Origin: Lingula anatina
Taxonomy: Eukaryota > Animalia > Brachiopoda
Direction: 5' to 3'
Length of the DNA stretch: 64,000 nucleotides
Assembly: GCA_051362555.1 (NCBI GenBank)
Contig: CM120640.1
Location: 25,964,225-26,028,224, forward strand
Below the pieces are notes generated by a model. That model did no database searches and had not been told where the DNA came from. It worked only from the letters and a program-made list of their open reading frames with translations. The position numbers were made by a program, and so were the translations under genes. Positions 12,479-25,536 of this stretch are shown here, in pieces; position 1 is the first letter of the stretch; every line of letters starts with the position of its first letter.

Positions 12479-13783
12479 TCATCCACAGGGATCTTCCTAC
12501 GTCAAAATCTGGTTGGGCCATTTTGGCCCAATTGGTAAAAAAAAAGTGGGCCATTTTTAAGAAATGTATGCCGTTAATTATTTAGTCACAATTTACGATA
12601 TTTCAATATTTTTATATGATTAAAAACACTGAAAAAAAGGCTAGATGTTACTTCTCTGAAGTTCTAAATAATTGAAGGCCTACTGTGTGGAAAAATCTTC
12701 AAAATTTACAATTGTACTGTCCGAATAATTGTACTGCATAGAAAAATCTTTCAAAATTAATAACTGTACTGTGCACTGCATGGAAAAGGTTGTTTATTAT
12801 GAAAATAAGCCGTTGCTTTGAAAAGAATTTTTATTTTTCAAAATATTTGCATTCTTTTATAACCTGAAAATAATTAACATATTGATCTAAGCTGAGAGAA
12901 GCCCGTTTTACATGTATCTAAAGTTACATAAAATCTAGCAAGCAACTACATAACATTACTAAAATGAGTTGGCTTACCTATTAATGAATATACACATTAA
13001 TAGTTCCAATATTACAAAAATGTCTGTCTGTATACAATAAAGGCAAAATAAATGTTATTCTAAGGAAAGTCCGATGACTTTACTTTTTAATACATACAAC
13101 AGATTATTTCCAATATAATTTCTCAAAACGACACCAGAAAGCAAATTAAATTAAATCAACCAGATGGTAAACAGTGGCAGACCAACATGTTTATTTTAAA
13201 CAACACACTTTCGCACATGCGCACTCATTTGAATCCTGTGCTTGTTCAAAGACATCCATATCTCCCTAACTGAAGGAATTATGGAAAAATTGCTAGAGAT
13301 GGCTGATCGAAAGTCATGTGGAGATTTCAAATATGTCCTTGGATTTGACCTTTGACCTTAATTTCAAAGTCAATTTTTTTTTTTTTTTTTTAAAGACTTA
13401 TTGGCATTTTCAAGTTGCAACTTTGAATTCCTTTGGACCTGAAACCTGGAGCCAGCTACTTATTCTGAACATCTGCATTAACAATTGAAAGTAATTAAAA
13501 TTTTGTAATAATTACTGGTATGCTGTAATATTGCACTAAAATTGTTTAATCATCTGATCCTTTTAGCATGATTAGTACACATGTAGATGTTGGTTATGCA
13601 CAAAATGTACACAATAACAAGATGATGTGAAAAATAGATTGCTGGAATCAGCTTCTTGACTATATACCATTCCCTGTGATATGCAAGCATATTCATCTTC
13701 AGTAGTAGTTTACATGACCAAAGGCAATGCATTTCAATTTGTTTACAGTACAGCAGTCTTTCTGGTCAAAGAAGTTAACCTCA

Positions 13784-16700
13784 CTACTGGTTGTAAGATG
13801 CAATAACTTCTTTCCATTTTGCATATAGCTCATTTTTGTTTGTAGACCAAAATTTATCCATAACCCTCCAGCCACTATCTTGGGTGATCAAGAAATAGGC
13901 GTTACTTTTATCCTTCAAGTATCCATTCCATCCAAAAGTCAATGACTGGGCAAGTCTAGCAGCAACACATATCCATAGTATATCCATTTCCTTGCTGGTA
14001 AGTTGACGGACCTGTAAATATCCTGCAAGAAAATGCCCACCTGCAAGCAGAGGATCAATGACTTTTGATTCTATCATCATATATGCCATTCCAATGGCCA
14101 CTTCAAAGGCGTAGCAACCATTGTGTGAGTGTTCAACATCAATGAAACCACATAGACTGTATGTAACCTCTGCATCATCTCCAGATAAATTTTCTCTTGT
14201 CAGAATGTTCTGTGCATTTATATCTCCATGAACTATCCCTGCAATTGTACATGTATCACAAAAATATAATGGCAGTGAATTTAAAAAAAATGTATTTACA
14301 AGGCAGGATTAGGCTACTAGCCAGCCACATAACCCTACTCCCTTAAAGCAGTACACTTATGAGAATATAACTAAATGTATGTTATCTACGTATATTAATT
14401 TAAGTTATGAGGAAATGAGAGGTGTGATTTTCCCAATGCTGCCCTAAGTTTTTAATATACTTGTTGTCAATGGCAAAGGCAAATACAGACATTTTAACTG
14501 AGAGAAAAATCTTCAACCCTATAAGTGTGAGTTTTGGAAATTGGAATGTTGTGAAAAGTTCTTCAAAAATCTTATAATTTTCTTGCACATAACATAAAAA
14601 TTTAAAAAGAAAAAACTTACCTTTTGTAATATCCATGGAGCTGTCTAATAATTCAGTATTAAATGTGTCAATAACCTCAAAAATTATTCTCCGTTTTCTT
14701 TCATCATCAAATTTCTGGACATATTCTGACAGCTTTGGAAGATTGTCCAATTTCCAGATTGAATCCCATTGTTCGTAAGAGGGATGCCAAAAATCCTGAA
14801 ATGCACCAAGGTGAAATATATTATAATGAAAGGTATGCCTAAAGTTAATAATTTAAGAAGGTATATTGTTAATATTCTTGGTTTTTTTTTACCTGCTGAA
14901 TTAAAGGCTAGTATGACTTTTTATTATTGAATGGGATTTTCGTAAATGAACCTTGGCCTGTGAAACTGGACCCAGCAATCTCAGCTCGGCATAAAGAAAG
15001 ACAAAAGCTAGTAATGATGTGAAGCTGTACCATGAAGCTTTCCTCACCTCTAATGCCTTGTTAATCTCTCCACACAGCTTACCAGTTTGAAATAATATTG
15101 CAGGAGTGAGTGGGACTTGATCCAACGTCGTACCAAGAACAAAGCGGAACATGCGGACAATATAGTAATCGTATGGAACACCTAAAACCATAATTTGTTG
15201 AAATAAATGAAGTGGAATGACCAAGGCATACATTTTCTAGAACATCATGTATATAAAATGAGACTTAAATTCAGACACAAGTTGTGAAAGAATTTTAATG
15301 TTGTCTAAATGCTAAGATATGTTTCCCCATCCTGGCTGAAAATGTTATCATTATCACGTACGAAAGCTGCAACAATTGGATAGACTCGGTGATTCATTAG
15401 ACAAAAAAAGCAAATATTGGATTTATAAGACAAAACTGAGTTTTCGAAAGATTTATGATTACTTGCTTTTATTTGGAAAAATTCAATTAATTATCGTAGG
15501 CCTAATTGTGAGATTGCAGTTTCGACTTAGTGTGTCATTTTTTGTATTGAACGTCAAACCTTTTGAACGGAAAGGCAATACCATGAAATAATGACATACA
15601 CAGTCCCGACAACAACGTGTTGCATATAGCCTATTTTCAGACGGGGTATGGTTGATGATATTTGCTCATATTGACGAGAAAAGTTGTTGATTACTCCCGA
15701 AACACTACCAGAAATATTGGAAAAGAATGATAAATTACGTGATCTTAAAAATCACCAGTATGAAATCACCACCGCTGGAAGGCGTGGCTGTCAACAGAAT
15801 TGTTGTTTGCTACTTGTCGTGTCAACATATTTTTTTAAGAGTAAAAGACTTCAGAAAAAGCGTAAATCACACGAAAACGGCTTTCAGTGGGATTCCAAAT
15901 ACGCAGATGAAGCAGATGAAGGCTACCTGCACGTGCGCCATAGACACTGATCGGCTGTCGTCTCAGTTTCAGTGCACGGAAAGGAGCAACGGTAACACTA
16001 AGCTTCCATATTAAAGGTTATCTGGCCGTGGCAGACGCTAATCGTCGGCCGTCTCTCCCTCCGTCCACTCCCGTTCTGAGCGCCAGGATCGTTTTTGAAA
16101 AACGACACTAGTTTCTGGCTGCCAGAATCGCTTTTGAAAAACGACACTACTGATAACGATGCTGTTTTGCGGCCCTAAACAACAGCACCGCTCTATCTAT
16201 GGGCCATACACAGTGATCGGGTGAAAGTACGTGTATACCTTTGGTCGCAATTACCGACACTCACACAATCATACATTATGGTAACTCTAAATAGATCGTC
16301 GGGAGAAGATAACAGAAGGCCTAGCGACGAACAGACAACTTCCGGTCAAAATTGACAGAATTCCATGAAATTCGAACTTTCGGAAGTTCTGAGCACCTCC
16401 ATTTCATGAATTTCGGCCAGAACGATCTTTTCCCAAATTTAATTATTTTCTACTGTTCGAAATTCATGGCACATTACCGTAGACACGTGCGCTGAACTGC
16501 AAAGAAAACAATAAAGAGACGTGAAACGTGTTTTTTCTCACAAAAGACTAAGACGATTCAACCTGAGGTTCTGGTTACATTTTAGTGTCACAACCTGAGG
16601 GAAACTACACCCAAAACTACCCGTGCCTTAGGGTTTTTATGAGAAGTCTGAGTAGAGTCTTCATAGAATAGGAGAAGAATAGCCAGATGGGTTACCAGAA

Positions 16701-18381
16701 AGCAAGTGAAATGGGCAAGTTTGCGTCTGACAAGATCCCTGAACTGCATTTACCCTTTGGGACTGGCTACTCTGCCGTTATAAGACATTTTATAGGCCGT
16801 ATAGAGTTAGTTCTGCTAGTAATACAGACTACAAAATTTACGAATGTGTTTCGGAAGACATTTTGGCAATATTAAAAACACCAGTGGAGGTCACAACTAC
16901 ACCTTTATTTTCGAGGACGACGAGTGTTCAGGACATACTCCAATAAGATAAAGCTCGATACTTCAGAAGGGTTAAAGCAGGGTGAATTTGTCTGCACAGA
17001 CATAACCCAACAATTATAGACAGATTATCCTGAAAGGTCGATCCAACCGCAGAAATACTCTCCGCCAAGAAGTTTTCACAACTGCTGACAATACACATAT
17101 TGAAAGAATACAACGCCTATACTATTCCCTTCCAAGGTGGATAGAATCCATTATGCATTCACCTATGGTTTTCACAAACAACTGATATTTACTTATGCTT
17201 TTATTTTATGTGGTATAAAAACGTTAAATATTGCTTATGATTTAACTTCCACCTCCATCAGTATTATAGAATATAAAACACAAATTTCACCAGATTCAGG
17301 GGCTACCTCCATTTTCAATGCATTTGATGGTTTGCATTGCTTTTGTCGGGTCTGTGTTATGTCATCATATTGTATTGAATAAGTAAATTTTGGAACGTTT
17401 TACCCCAACAGATATATAATTAATTGTCAAAGTAAGGTCAGATCCAGAACCAAGCCTGCCCATCAAACATCGATTCCTTCACCTTTCATATCTTTATTAT
17501 TTTCTTCTAGTTGATTGTGCAGTTTCTCTCTGGACCAGTATTTCCCATGGATATTTTGCACTGGCAAAGGGACTTGCATTATCTCACCATCCACTTTTAT
17601 CTTTTTGTTATTTAAATGCTTCAAAAGTTCAGTTCGTCCATCTGAAACGACATATTTTTATCTTCAACAGTGAACAGCCAAATAAAATTGTACAATAATA
17701 TTTTTTTTAATCAGCATTTAAAAAAATTTCACAAATAACCCAACTACTGTAATCGTATGATATAAAAGTTAAAGGGATAATAACTCTTCGTTTTGCCAAA
17801 AAATGAATTTTCCTAGAGTAAACAACAATTTCCATACTTACCAATGGTTAATGAATCCATTTTTACATTCAAAGTTAGTCCCTGGTTTATTTCCAAGTTT
17901 GGTTTTTTGTTAAAATCTCTTAAGAGATTATATAACAGAGTATAGCCATCAATGGAGGTCACGTGATCTGAAGACAAGCTCAGATATCAGAATAATAGCT
18001 ATAACTGCTGTTTTTGTCGTAAAACAGAATATATTATATTTCTATGAGTTATTCACAATGTTTTTATTGTGAAATATAGACCTCATACGAAGAGTTATTA
18101 TCCCTTTAACAATCAGTAAAAAAAAACCTACCCACGTGTTCAGGTTCTTCAGAATCGATGGCATTCAGTATTTTCAGAACGTAACCATGAGGCCAGACTT
18201 CGGGAATAAATGGATTGGTGGAACATGGCTGAACCTTCACATGGAAATTCTGGTCATCATAACCATCCAATTTGTGGATGCTGGAAGTGGTTAATCCATA
18301 CAAAGTCTTCACCAATCTTACTGCAACTGTGTCTGTTATACATGGACGAACTACCCGTTCCAGAGGTCTTCTTTCCGCCAT
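13784..18381 (-). CDS. HYKK: Hydroxylysine kinase-like protein (APH/AGPHD1 family), paralogue A, 5 coding exons
   Basis: Exons 18381-18132, 17641-17483, 15181-15048, 14795-14621, 14238-13784, all GT-AG and phase-consistent. Motifs LDGYDDQNFHV, GYVLKILN, HGDINAQNI, IDVEHS, CYAFEVAI..YMM, AARLAQSL. Probable 5'UTR exon donor at 19184. Confidence 0.88.
17773..18105. mobile_element. Kolobok-type MITE in HYKK-A first coding intron
   Basis: TTAA|AGGGATAATAACTCTTCG ... CGAAGAGTTATTATCCCT|TTAA; the interior is the reverse complement of 12058-12374. Confidence 0.9.
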
Positions 18382-19686
18382 TGCTGAACAGAGAATCCGT
18401 TAATTTGTGACTATTTTATTGATGGATCCCGGATTTTCCTACCAGGAAGGTGGGCAGAAAGATAAAAAACTGTTACTTTCAAGATATGACTGACTTGTAC
18501 GCCACCATCCGGCTGGCGATCCAAACAGCAAATGGCACATAACTTGTCACAGTTGTTGCATTTAAAATACTTAAAATGTGGCCTAGTAGACATCTTTAAT
18601 TTTTCAATGTGTCACTGTAAAAATGCTGGACATGCTAAATACATTTTTGTAGCACGACTACATCTTGTACAAAACAAACGTCACGATGCATACAAATAAC
18701 AAGGCAAACGGAAAACTTAAATTAAATGCAAATTGATAATTACTATTAGACTTAGTTTATCCGTTTCGCAAGATAGAATTTCAATTAACGTATTATGGAA
18801 TTACTAACAATCAGTCAACATGACGCAATATTGATTGTTGCATATAAGATTAAATAATCATAATCAAATCTATGATCAGGAGTTACAATAATGCTTTATA
18901 TTATAATATATGGATGGAAACTGTGCCCCTAGGGAGTTATATCAATAGCCAAAAAAGGCACTTTATAAAACATCCAAATGCGTGTTACCTATAAGCATTA
19001 TTGGAAGTTAAAGGTACATATTTTTAATTTCCAGAGGCACTAAAAATAAGGACTGGCATATTTTTCTAAAGCTCAGTTAGGCTCCGGGCGATATGTAGGT
19101 ATCGTGAAATATATTGATAAAGCTTATTAATCAGAATCCAGTCAACCCATTTATTACAAATGGATGCCAGAGCCGAAACTTACCTCCCTCTTCCTAAGAA
19201 ATGGAGAGACACCTGGACACCCACTATTTGTGAAATTTGGGAAAGCAACTTAAAAGCCATATTTACCATAAAATTGGGTTCGACAAAACGCCGAACTTTA
19301 ATGACATTAAAAGAGTCCGACCAATGGTACGCTATCTCATGATTGAACAAACATGCATAAACATGAAATCAAACTGTATTTATGGAGGTACTTGTATCTT
19401 CCTCTAACAGTGGCAAAAACCTCCTCGTGTTTCTGTACAAATGCACAATACAAAAACCATATAAAATTGATAGGAAATCAAAACTGCTCAGAATTGCCAC
19501 CGTGTAGGCCTATTTATATGCACCAAGATTAAGTTTTAACATAACTTCGTTTGCATTATAGAATAATTTCAAGGCCATCAAGTTAAAAAAGAGATAACTT
19601 TCATCTTAACAATTCCAATGCGACGAAATTTGATCGTGTTTTTCGAAAATGGATCATATATTAGCGATCGTTAAGTTTCGACTTAA

Positions 19687-20619
19687 GGTAGATCGGTCGT
19701 TACGTAATTTGACGATTTGCGCAATTTCAGCGCATCGTCAATCGTCTCTAACGACACTTCAGTCTGTTTTATTAATTTAAGGAAATAAAACAATTATCTA
19801 TAAGATAAACACACATTATCAACTTGTCTGTAACTCTGTATGATCGATACAGATTTTCGACAACGTTTGTCAACTATGATTCCATACGGCAACTGTAGCA
19901 CGTTCATAGACTTGCCCTTCAAGAAATCGTCGGAATAGCTCCTTTTCCAATTTGAATTGGCACTAGAAAATGTATGACAGCTAAAGCTCACAAATTATGC
20001 ACGTAGGTGCTATGTCATGTAAAGAATAAGTGTTGTAAATTCCAATCAAAGCGGCTGCGTACATTTTGAGGTAGAACGCCCTGAATGTGCTGCTGTAGTT
20101 TAGATTTCGACGAAAACCGGAAGTGCGTCGTAACGCCACTCATTTGGACTTAGAGAAATTTGGACTGAGAAATATTTCGTAGCTTATACAAATGTTCAGA
20201 AAATGGCCATAGGGTCTACAGCTTGAAGAAAATTCACTAATCAAAATTGAAACTGCGTTATATTATACAGAAAAATTGTGCACTTCTGACCTTGACTTGT
20301 CAGTGTAAACAAAGTGTACTGAACGCACCGCAAGCAAGCACGTGAATGCCGCATTTGATACTTTGTATCAGACGCTTCATTTTACTTGACAACACAGTGT
20401 TTACGATGTCACGTTCATGTTATATTCATAAATAAATAACAACGGCAAGAAACTATTTTCATATGCATGAGTATTTCCCTTATTATTCTCTTCAATAATT
20501 TTGTTGTAAGGTTAATGGCTTACACCTTCTCATCAGTTTGACAAATCTGAAAATAGCTGAGTATACTCACTTCAACTGATAACGAAAGTTTTAAATGTAC
20601 TTAGATGTCTCTTCACACA

Positions 20620-20667
<48 letters not shown>

Positions 20668-21098
20668 ATTAAAAATAACAATTTAGTGAAAAACACCCAT
20701 TTTCCCATTGATTTGAATGGGGACTTCCGACTAGTGCGTCACGCAGGGTGTAACGCACTTCAACTTGGCGTAGTTCTCTTATTTGGTCGGTGACCCCCAA
20801 TTTTTTGGTAAAATTTAAATGTACTTGGAGGCCTCTTTACACAAAAAAAATTTTAAAAAAATTCGAACGTCAGAAAGTCATAAAAAATAATGCTTTAGTG
20901 AGAAAACACCCATTTTCCCATTGGTTTGAATGGGGACTTGTGCGATATGCAGGGTGTATCATATTTGGGGCTAGTTCTCTTATTTGGTCGGTGACCCCCA
21001 ATTTTTTTTGCAAATTTTTAATGTACTTGGGTGTCTCTTCAAACAAAAAAAAAATTTAAAAATATTCGAACGTTGGAACATGTAACGACCGATCTACC
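19687..21098. mobile_element. Non-autonomous Kolobok-type element, 1.4 kb
   Basis: TTAA|GGTAGATCGGTCGTTAC ... GTAACGACCGATCTACC|TTAA (perfect 17-bp TIR). Contains an internal tandem duplication of about 210 bp (about 20665-20870 and 20880-21070) and a (CA)n-poly(A) tract. Confidence 0.88.
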
Positions 21099-23481
21099 TT
21101 AAATGACAGACCGTATTGCGTCTTTGTCTGTATACATGTATGTAAACTTTGCTGCAGTATTTTGAAAAATAAGCACACCAAGTATAGTGAAAAACATTGC
21201 TTGAACATTTATAATGGTTTTTTATATCTCGACGTTGCTGCTAAGGTCATGTACGTGCTTGTAAACACCAGTTTCCATTGTTGGAACAGAAACAGAAAAA
21301 GGAAGCACATTTGTGGTTTTCGAAGAAGACAAGTCTCCGACAAAATTAATACAGACCTGCCATGCTATTAACTAGCAAGTTAATGTTAATGGTAATTTCT
21401 TGCAGACGAATAAGTCTTTATATCTACTTTAGGCCTACTTTCTCACTTTGTTGTTTCGCTGTTGTTATAAAAGAAAAGAATGGATCAAAAAAGTGACACC
21501 AATATGCTGTTACTTTTGACACCAAACTTGAAGCAGCGAAATCTGACGCAAAGTTTTTACAAATGAAGATTTAGACCGACTTTATCATGTGTATCCCCTT
21601 GACAGCGTCTGGCTCCACCCAATTATTAGCATGATTATACTTGTACTGGTCGATTGCTTGCATTTGCAGGAGGTGCATACACATATAACAGCCATAAAGA
21701 GATCTACACATTGTAACAATTGTACATGCAGTAGCACATGCAGAGATAAATAGTACTCGTCTCCTTTTACTTATTGATTAGAAGTCAATCATAGTGGGTT
21801 TTCCCGTCACTGTCACATATTCATGCGTCACGCGTAATGATAATCTCTAGAAAGATGAATAATCTTCTTTGTATATTTTATCAAAACAAATATAACCTCA
21901 CCTCTCAGCGACCTTCTCCACGTCTACGCCAGTGCTCGAGCCTTCACCCGTTCTTGCCACTTGGATGACCAGACTGGTTAGAGATGATATGACCAGATTT
22001 GCAATATAGGGCAGGTTTAACACGCAGTCCAGTCCAGTTCACGTGTATACCTTTACGCGGTCTTAGCTAGGCTTTTTCTTCAGTTTAGAATAAATCTGTA
22101 GCAGTTCATTAAAAAACAACTATATCCGTCTGAAATATTCCTTTTGTGAAGCAGGTCTAATAATCTCATCTCAGTGGACTGTCAATGGTTATGGTATGTT
22201 GACATGATCTAAATATTTCGATTTTACATAAAGAGCAAGTTTTCTGTAGAGGGTCAATCGCAGGGTCCGTTGAGGTCACTTTCATATAAAATTGTACATT
22301 ATCTGATTTCTTTGTTGCTTCAGCTTCCAGGCATGCGTGGCAGCATTGTGAGTGACCCAGTGCATACAGTAAAGAACACCACTTCGTGATGTTAACTCAC
22401 TACTTCCAGTAGTATATCTGACTGCCACTTTGGGGGTAATTCGTATGTAAAAAAGGTGATTTTTAAAAAACGCTTTAGTCATCAGACTGGTTAAAGACGT
22501 TTGTGGTAAATTGAGGGTAATAAAACAGTGAACAGCTTTGTGTCGCATTATCTAATCTTTATTTGAAGTGTACTTCGAAAATGTCACATTTAAGATGAAT
22601 CTGTAAGTTAGAAACCCTACTAAAAGGATTGTTTTCAAAAACTTCAACAGAGCTGGATCTAAAGAAATCTAAATCTAAGTCAAAAGAAAAAAAAAGCGAA
22701 AGTACCTTTTAGTATTAGCAAGACAAGAGGGGCCCATATCTGGTAATAACATATTAGTACTTTCTGGGACGAGACCCAGTCCGCGAGTTTTCTTTTTTTT
22801 TCATTTAGGAAATGCAGTACCAGAAACTGAGGGCTAACACATTTCTTTTGATTACACACATATACTCTTGCACTAATACTTGAGCGCAGTGCCCCTTATC
22901 TTCATTCTGGGTACGGAATGCCATGTCAAAGACTCTATGAACTGTGCACAAACGTAGTAATTTACCTCAAGATGTTTAAACGATTATATTTCTATCATTT
23001 TTAAAGCAAAAATTGGCTTTAAAATGTTGCAAAATTAGAAATACCCATGTCTTGGATAATTTATCTTGTTACAAGCACAATGCATCCTTGCTTTGCAAGC
23101 GTCAACGAACACTCACGAAGTCACAATTAAAGATTTTTATGTCCTCATGATAAACTTAATTTAAATCAAGCGTTTCTATTTTATAATTATATCGTTAATC
23201 GAAATAAAAGAAGTAAAGGTAGAATATAGCATCTATTGTTCAAAGAGAGCCGTTCACCAAGCCCTACTCTCTTTTAAAAAATATGTACGATTTTGTATTT
23301 CGAGTTTGATCATCTTAAGGTGCGGTTGTTTTAAAGTGTTTGTTACTAAACCATGTACAAACAACATTTAGGGAAGGATGTTCGACAGGTGGAGTAAGTA
23401 GGTGAAATTGCATCTCTAGTTAATACGGTACTCCCATATGCAAGAGAATGTAAGCATACACATTTGATTTCATACTTCAAA

Positions 23482-24141
23482 GAGACCATTCCCAGACCCT
23501 ATCTTACTAACTTTTGATCGAACTATCTCCGAGGGGTTTCTCGCGTAATTGCAATTTACTTGGGCGACTTAGAGTGCATTCCCATAGATTTAGATCGATT
23601 CATCTAGATCGACCTAATTCCCTGGGGGTTCACGCTACATTGATGTCAGCCGAGCGCGCACATTAGTTAATTACCCCTTTACAGCTTTTAGTAGGCGGGA
23701 CAGACGCTTAAGCGGCTAAGCTGACAGTAATTTAGTGAGACTCCCCACAGGGATAGATCGATCTAAAACCTGTGGGTGCAACTAGATCGACCTAACTCCT
23801 GCAGGTTCACGCTAAATAGCTGTCAGCCAAGCGGGCACGAAAGTTAATTACCCCCTTACAGCTTGTAGTAGGCGGGACGAACAATTAAGCCGGATTATCT
23901 ACCAGTAATCTAGTGAGACTCCTCACGGGGATAGACCGATCTAAAATCTATGGGAATGCGCCCTTAGATGTCTGTCACGCCTGCTGAGGCTGATAGGGGG
24001 TAATTAACTATCGTTTAGCAGCTTTAGTGGGCGTCCCAGACGCCTAAGCCGCTTGGGCTGAAAGCAATTGAGCGAGGGACCCCGTGGAGATGGACCGATC
24101 CTGTTAGATCAATCTAGGGGTGGGAACCCAGTCAAAATCTC
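23482..24141. mobile_element. MITE of the GAGACCATTCCCAG family, carrying a nested related element
   Basis: 23482-23571 plus 23967-24141 align with the uninterrupted copy at 29735-29999. Confidence 0.8.
23572..23963. mobile_element. PIF/Harbinger-type MITE with TTA TSD
   Basis: TTA|GAGTGCATTCCCATAGATTTAGATCG ... CGATCTAAAATCTATGGGAATGCGCCC|TTA, with an internal tandem duplication of about 180 bp. Confidence 0.82.
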
Positions 24142-24713
24142 CCTACTTCAATGTCAAAAATATAAAATCAAAATATTGGATTCAAATATTTTATTTTTAA
24201 AGGTTTTATTCTATATGATAATACCTATCAAATCATGTTGTCAAAATTAAATTTATCAAATTATTAAAACAAAAATATAATCTAAACAAGTGCATGTGTG
24301 GGCGTGCGCATTAGACTATGAATGCATTACAGTCATCTGACCAATAAGAAAGGAAAATCTTTGGTTCTTAAAATATAACAAGATTTCATAAACGTTACGT
24401 CTTTGATTGTCTCAAAATTTCACATGAATGATAATGTAAAACTAATTACCTGAATTATTCAATTATTCAATTATTCAACAGTTTGTCCCAAAAAAGTTCA
24501 TATAAGTACTTAATAAGTAGCAATCAATGATTGGCACATGCATGTGTTTACAACCTTCCTGTAACATGGAAAATTTGCGATTCTCACGTAATGTTTATCA
24601 TTATTTGGAAAAACGTAGCAATTCACACGTAGCCTTCAGTGAAGCCTGTAGTGGTGACCCCCCTCCCTCTTGCTCTCCTGACACGATTCATTACATCTAG
24701 ACGCAAGCTGGTA

Positions 24714-25305
24714 AAACCTATTATTACATTTGCCGCGGGTGCCGTACGATGAAATCGCATAAGACTTTCCGTGCGATTTTTTGACATCGTTAGTGGTTAC
24801 GGGTACATAACACACAGGTGCAGTGTCATTTAATTCTCCAACATAACCTTGAGGTTACGCAGTAAAAAAATCACGTTTTCAGTTGAAAAGTGTTGGTACG
24901 AAGTCCTTTCAGTCTGTGCAGTTGCCGTACGCAATCAGTGCGACTTCCTTGAACGTCGGTGCACCGGTCCCCCCTACGATTGTTCACCCGTGTGGTCAAA
25001 AGTACAATATCAAAATTATGCAAGCGAATGACATTAAGTTTTAGCATATTTAGTGTTAGAGACTACGCCAGTGTGGCCCGTCTGTTTCACCATTATGATG
25101 ATCACCGCAAGTCCACCGAACAGTACCCGTATGGGAACTGTTCAATGCCATCTACGCTAATGTTATGACCTACAGGCTTACGATTTTCCAAATTTGTCAA
25201 AATTTTTAGCTTGACAAAACCGTAGAGGCTACGGACACAGACGCAAAGGAATTAGCCAGCAGCACAAGATATACGGACGCCACATGGCAAATGTAATCTA
25301 GGTTT
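24714..25305. mobile_element. MITE with imperfect TIRs of about 30 bp
   Basis: AAACCTATTATTACATTTGCCGCGGGTGCCGTAC at the left versus ATACGGACGCCACATGGCAAATGTAATCTAGGTTT at the right; CpG-rich interior; followed by a short duplication of TGTAATCTAGGTTTGTCTC. Confidence 0.65.
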
Positions 25306-25536
25306 GTCTCTGTAATCTAGGTTTGTCTCTGTTTGTCTCTGTAGCTCTCTAGATGAAAGTATGCAATCACCACATATACATGTTCCAGCATGAGACCAAG
25401 TACCCTAAATTACTACAGGTACCTCTTGGGTGGGGACCCAACTCAAATATTCTACTAGAAATTAGACAAATCGCTTCTGGAGATCATTTGGAAATCTGTA
25501 AGAAGACCTGCAGAATGTACCCCGGTAAAAGCCAAA

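Noticed and set aside
15340-17400. CpG-rich stretch with several 60-95 aa ORFs in HYKK-A intron 2
   Set aside because: Probably transposon-derived, but I found no paired termini or protein motifs, so it is not annotated.
21480-22550. Short ORFs and an exon-like segment between the HYKK paralogues
   Set aside because: No similarity to HYKK or any family I recognise, and no consistent splice chain.
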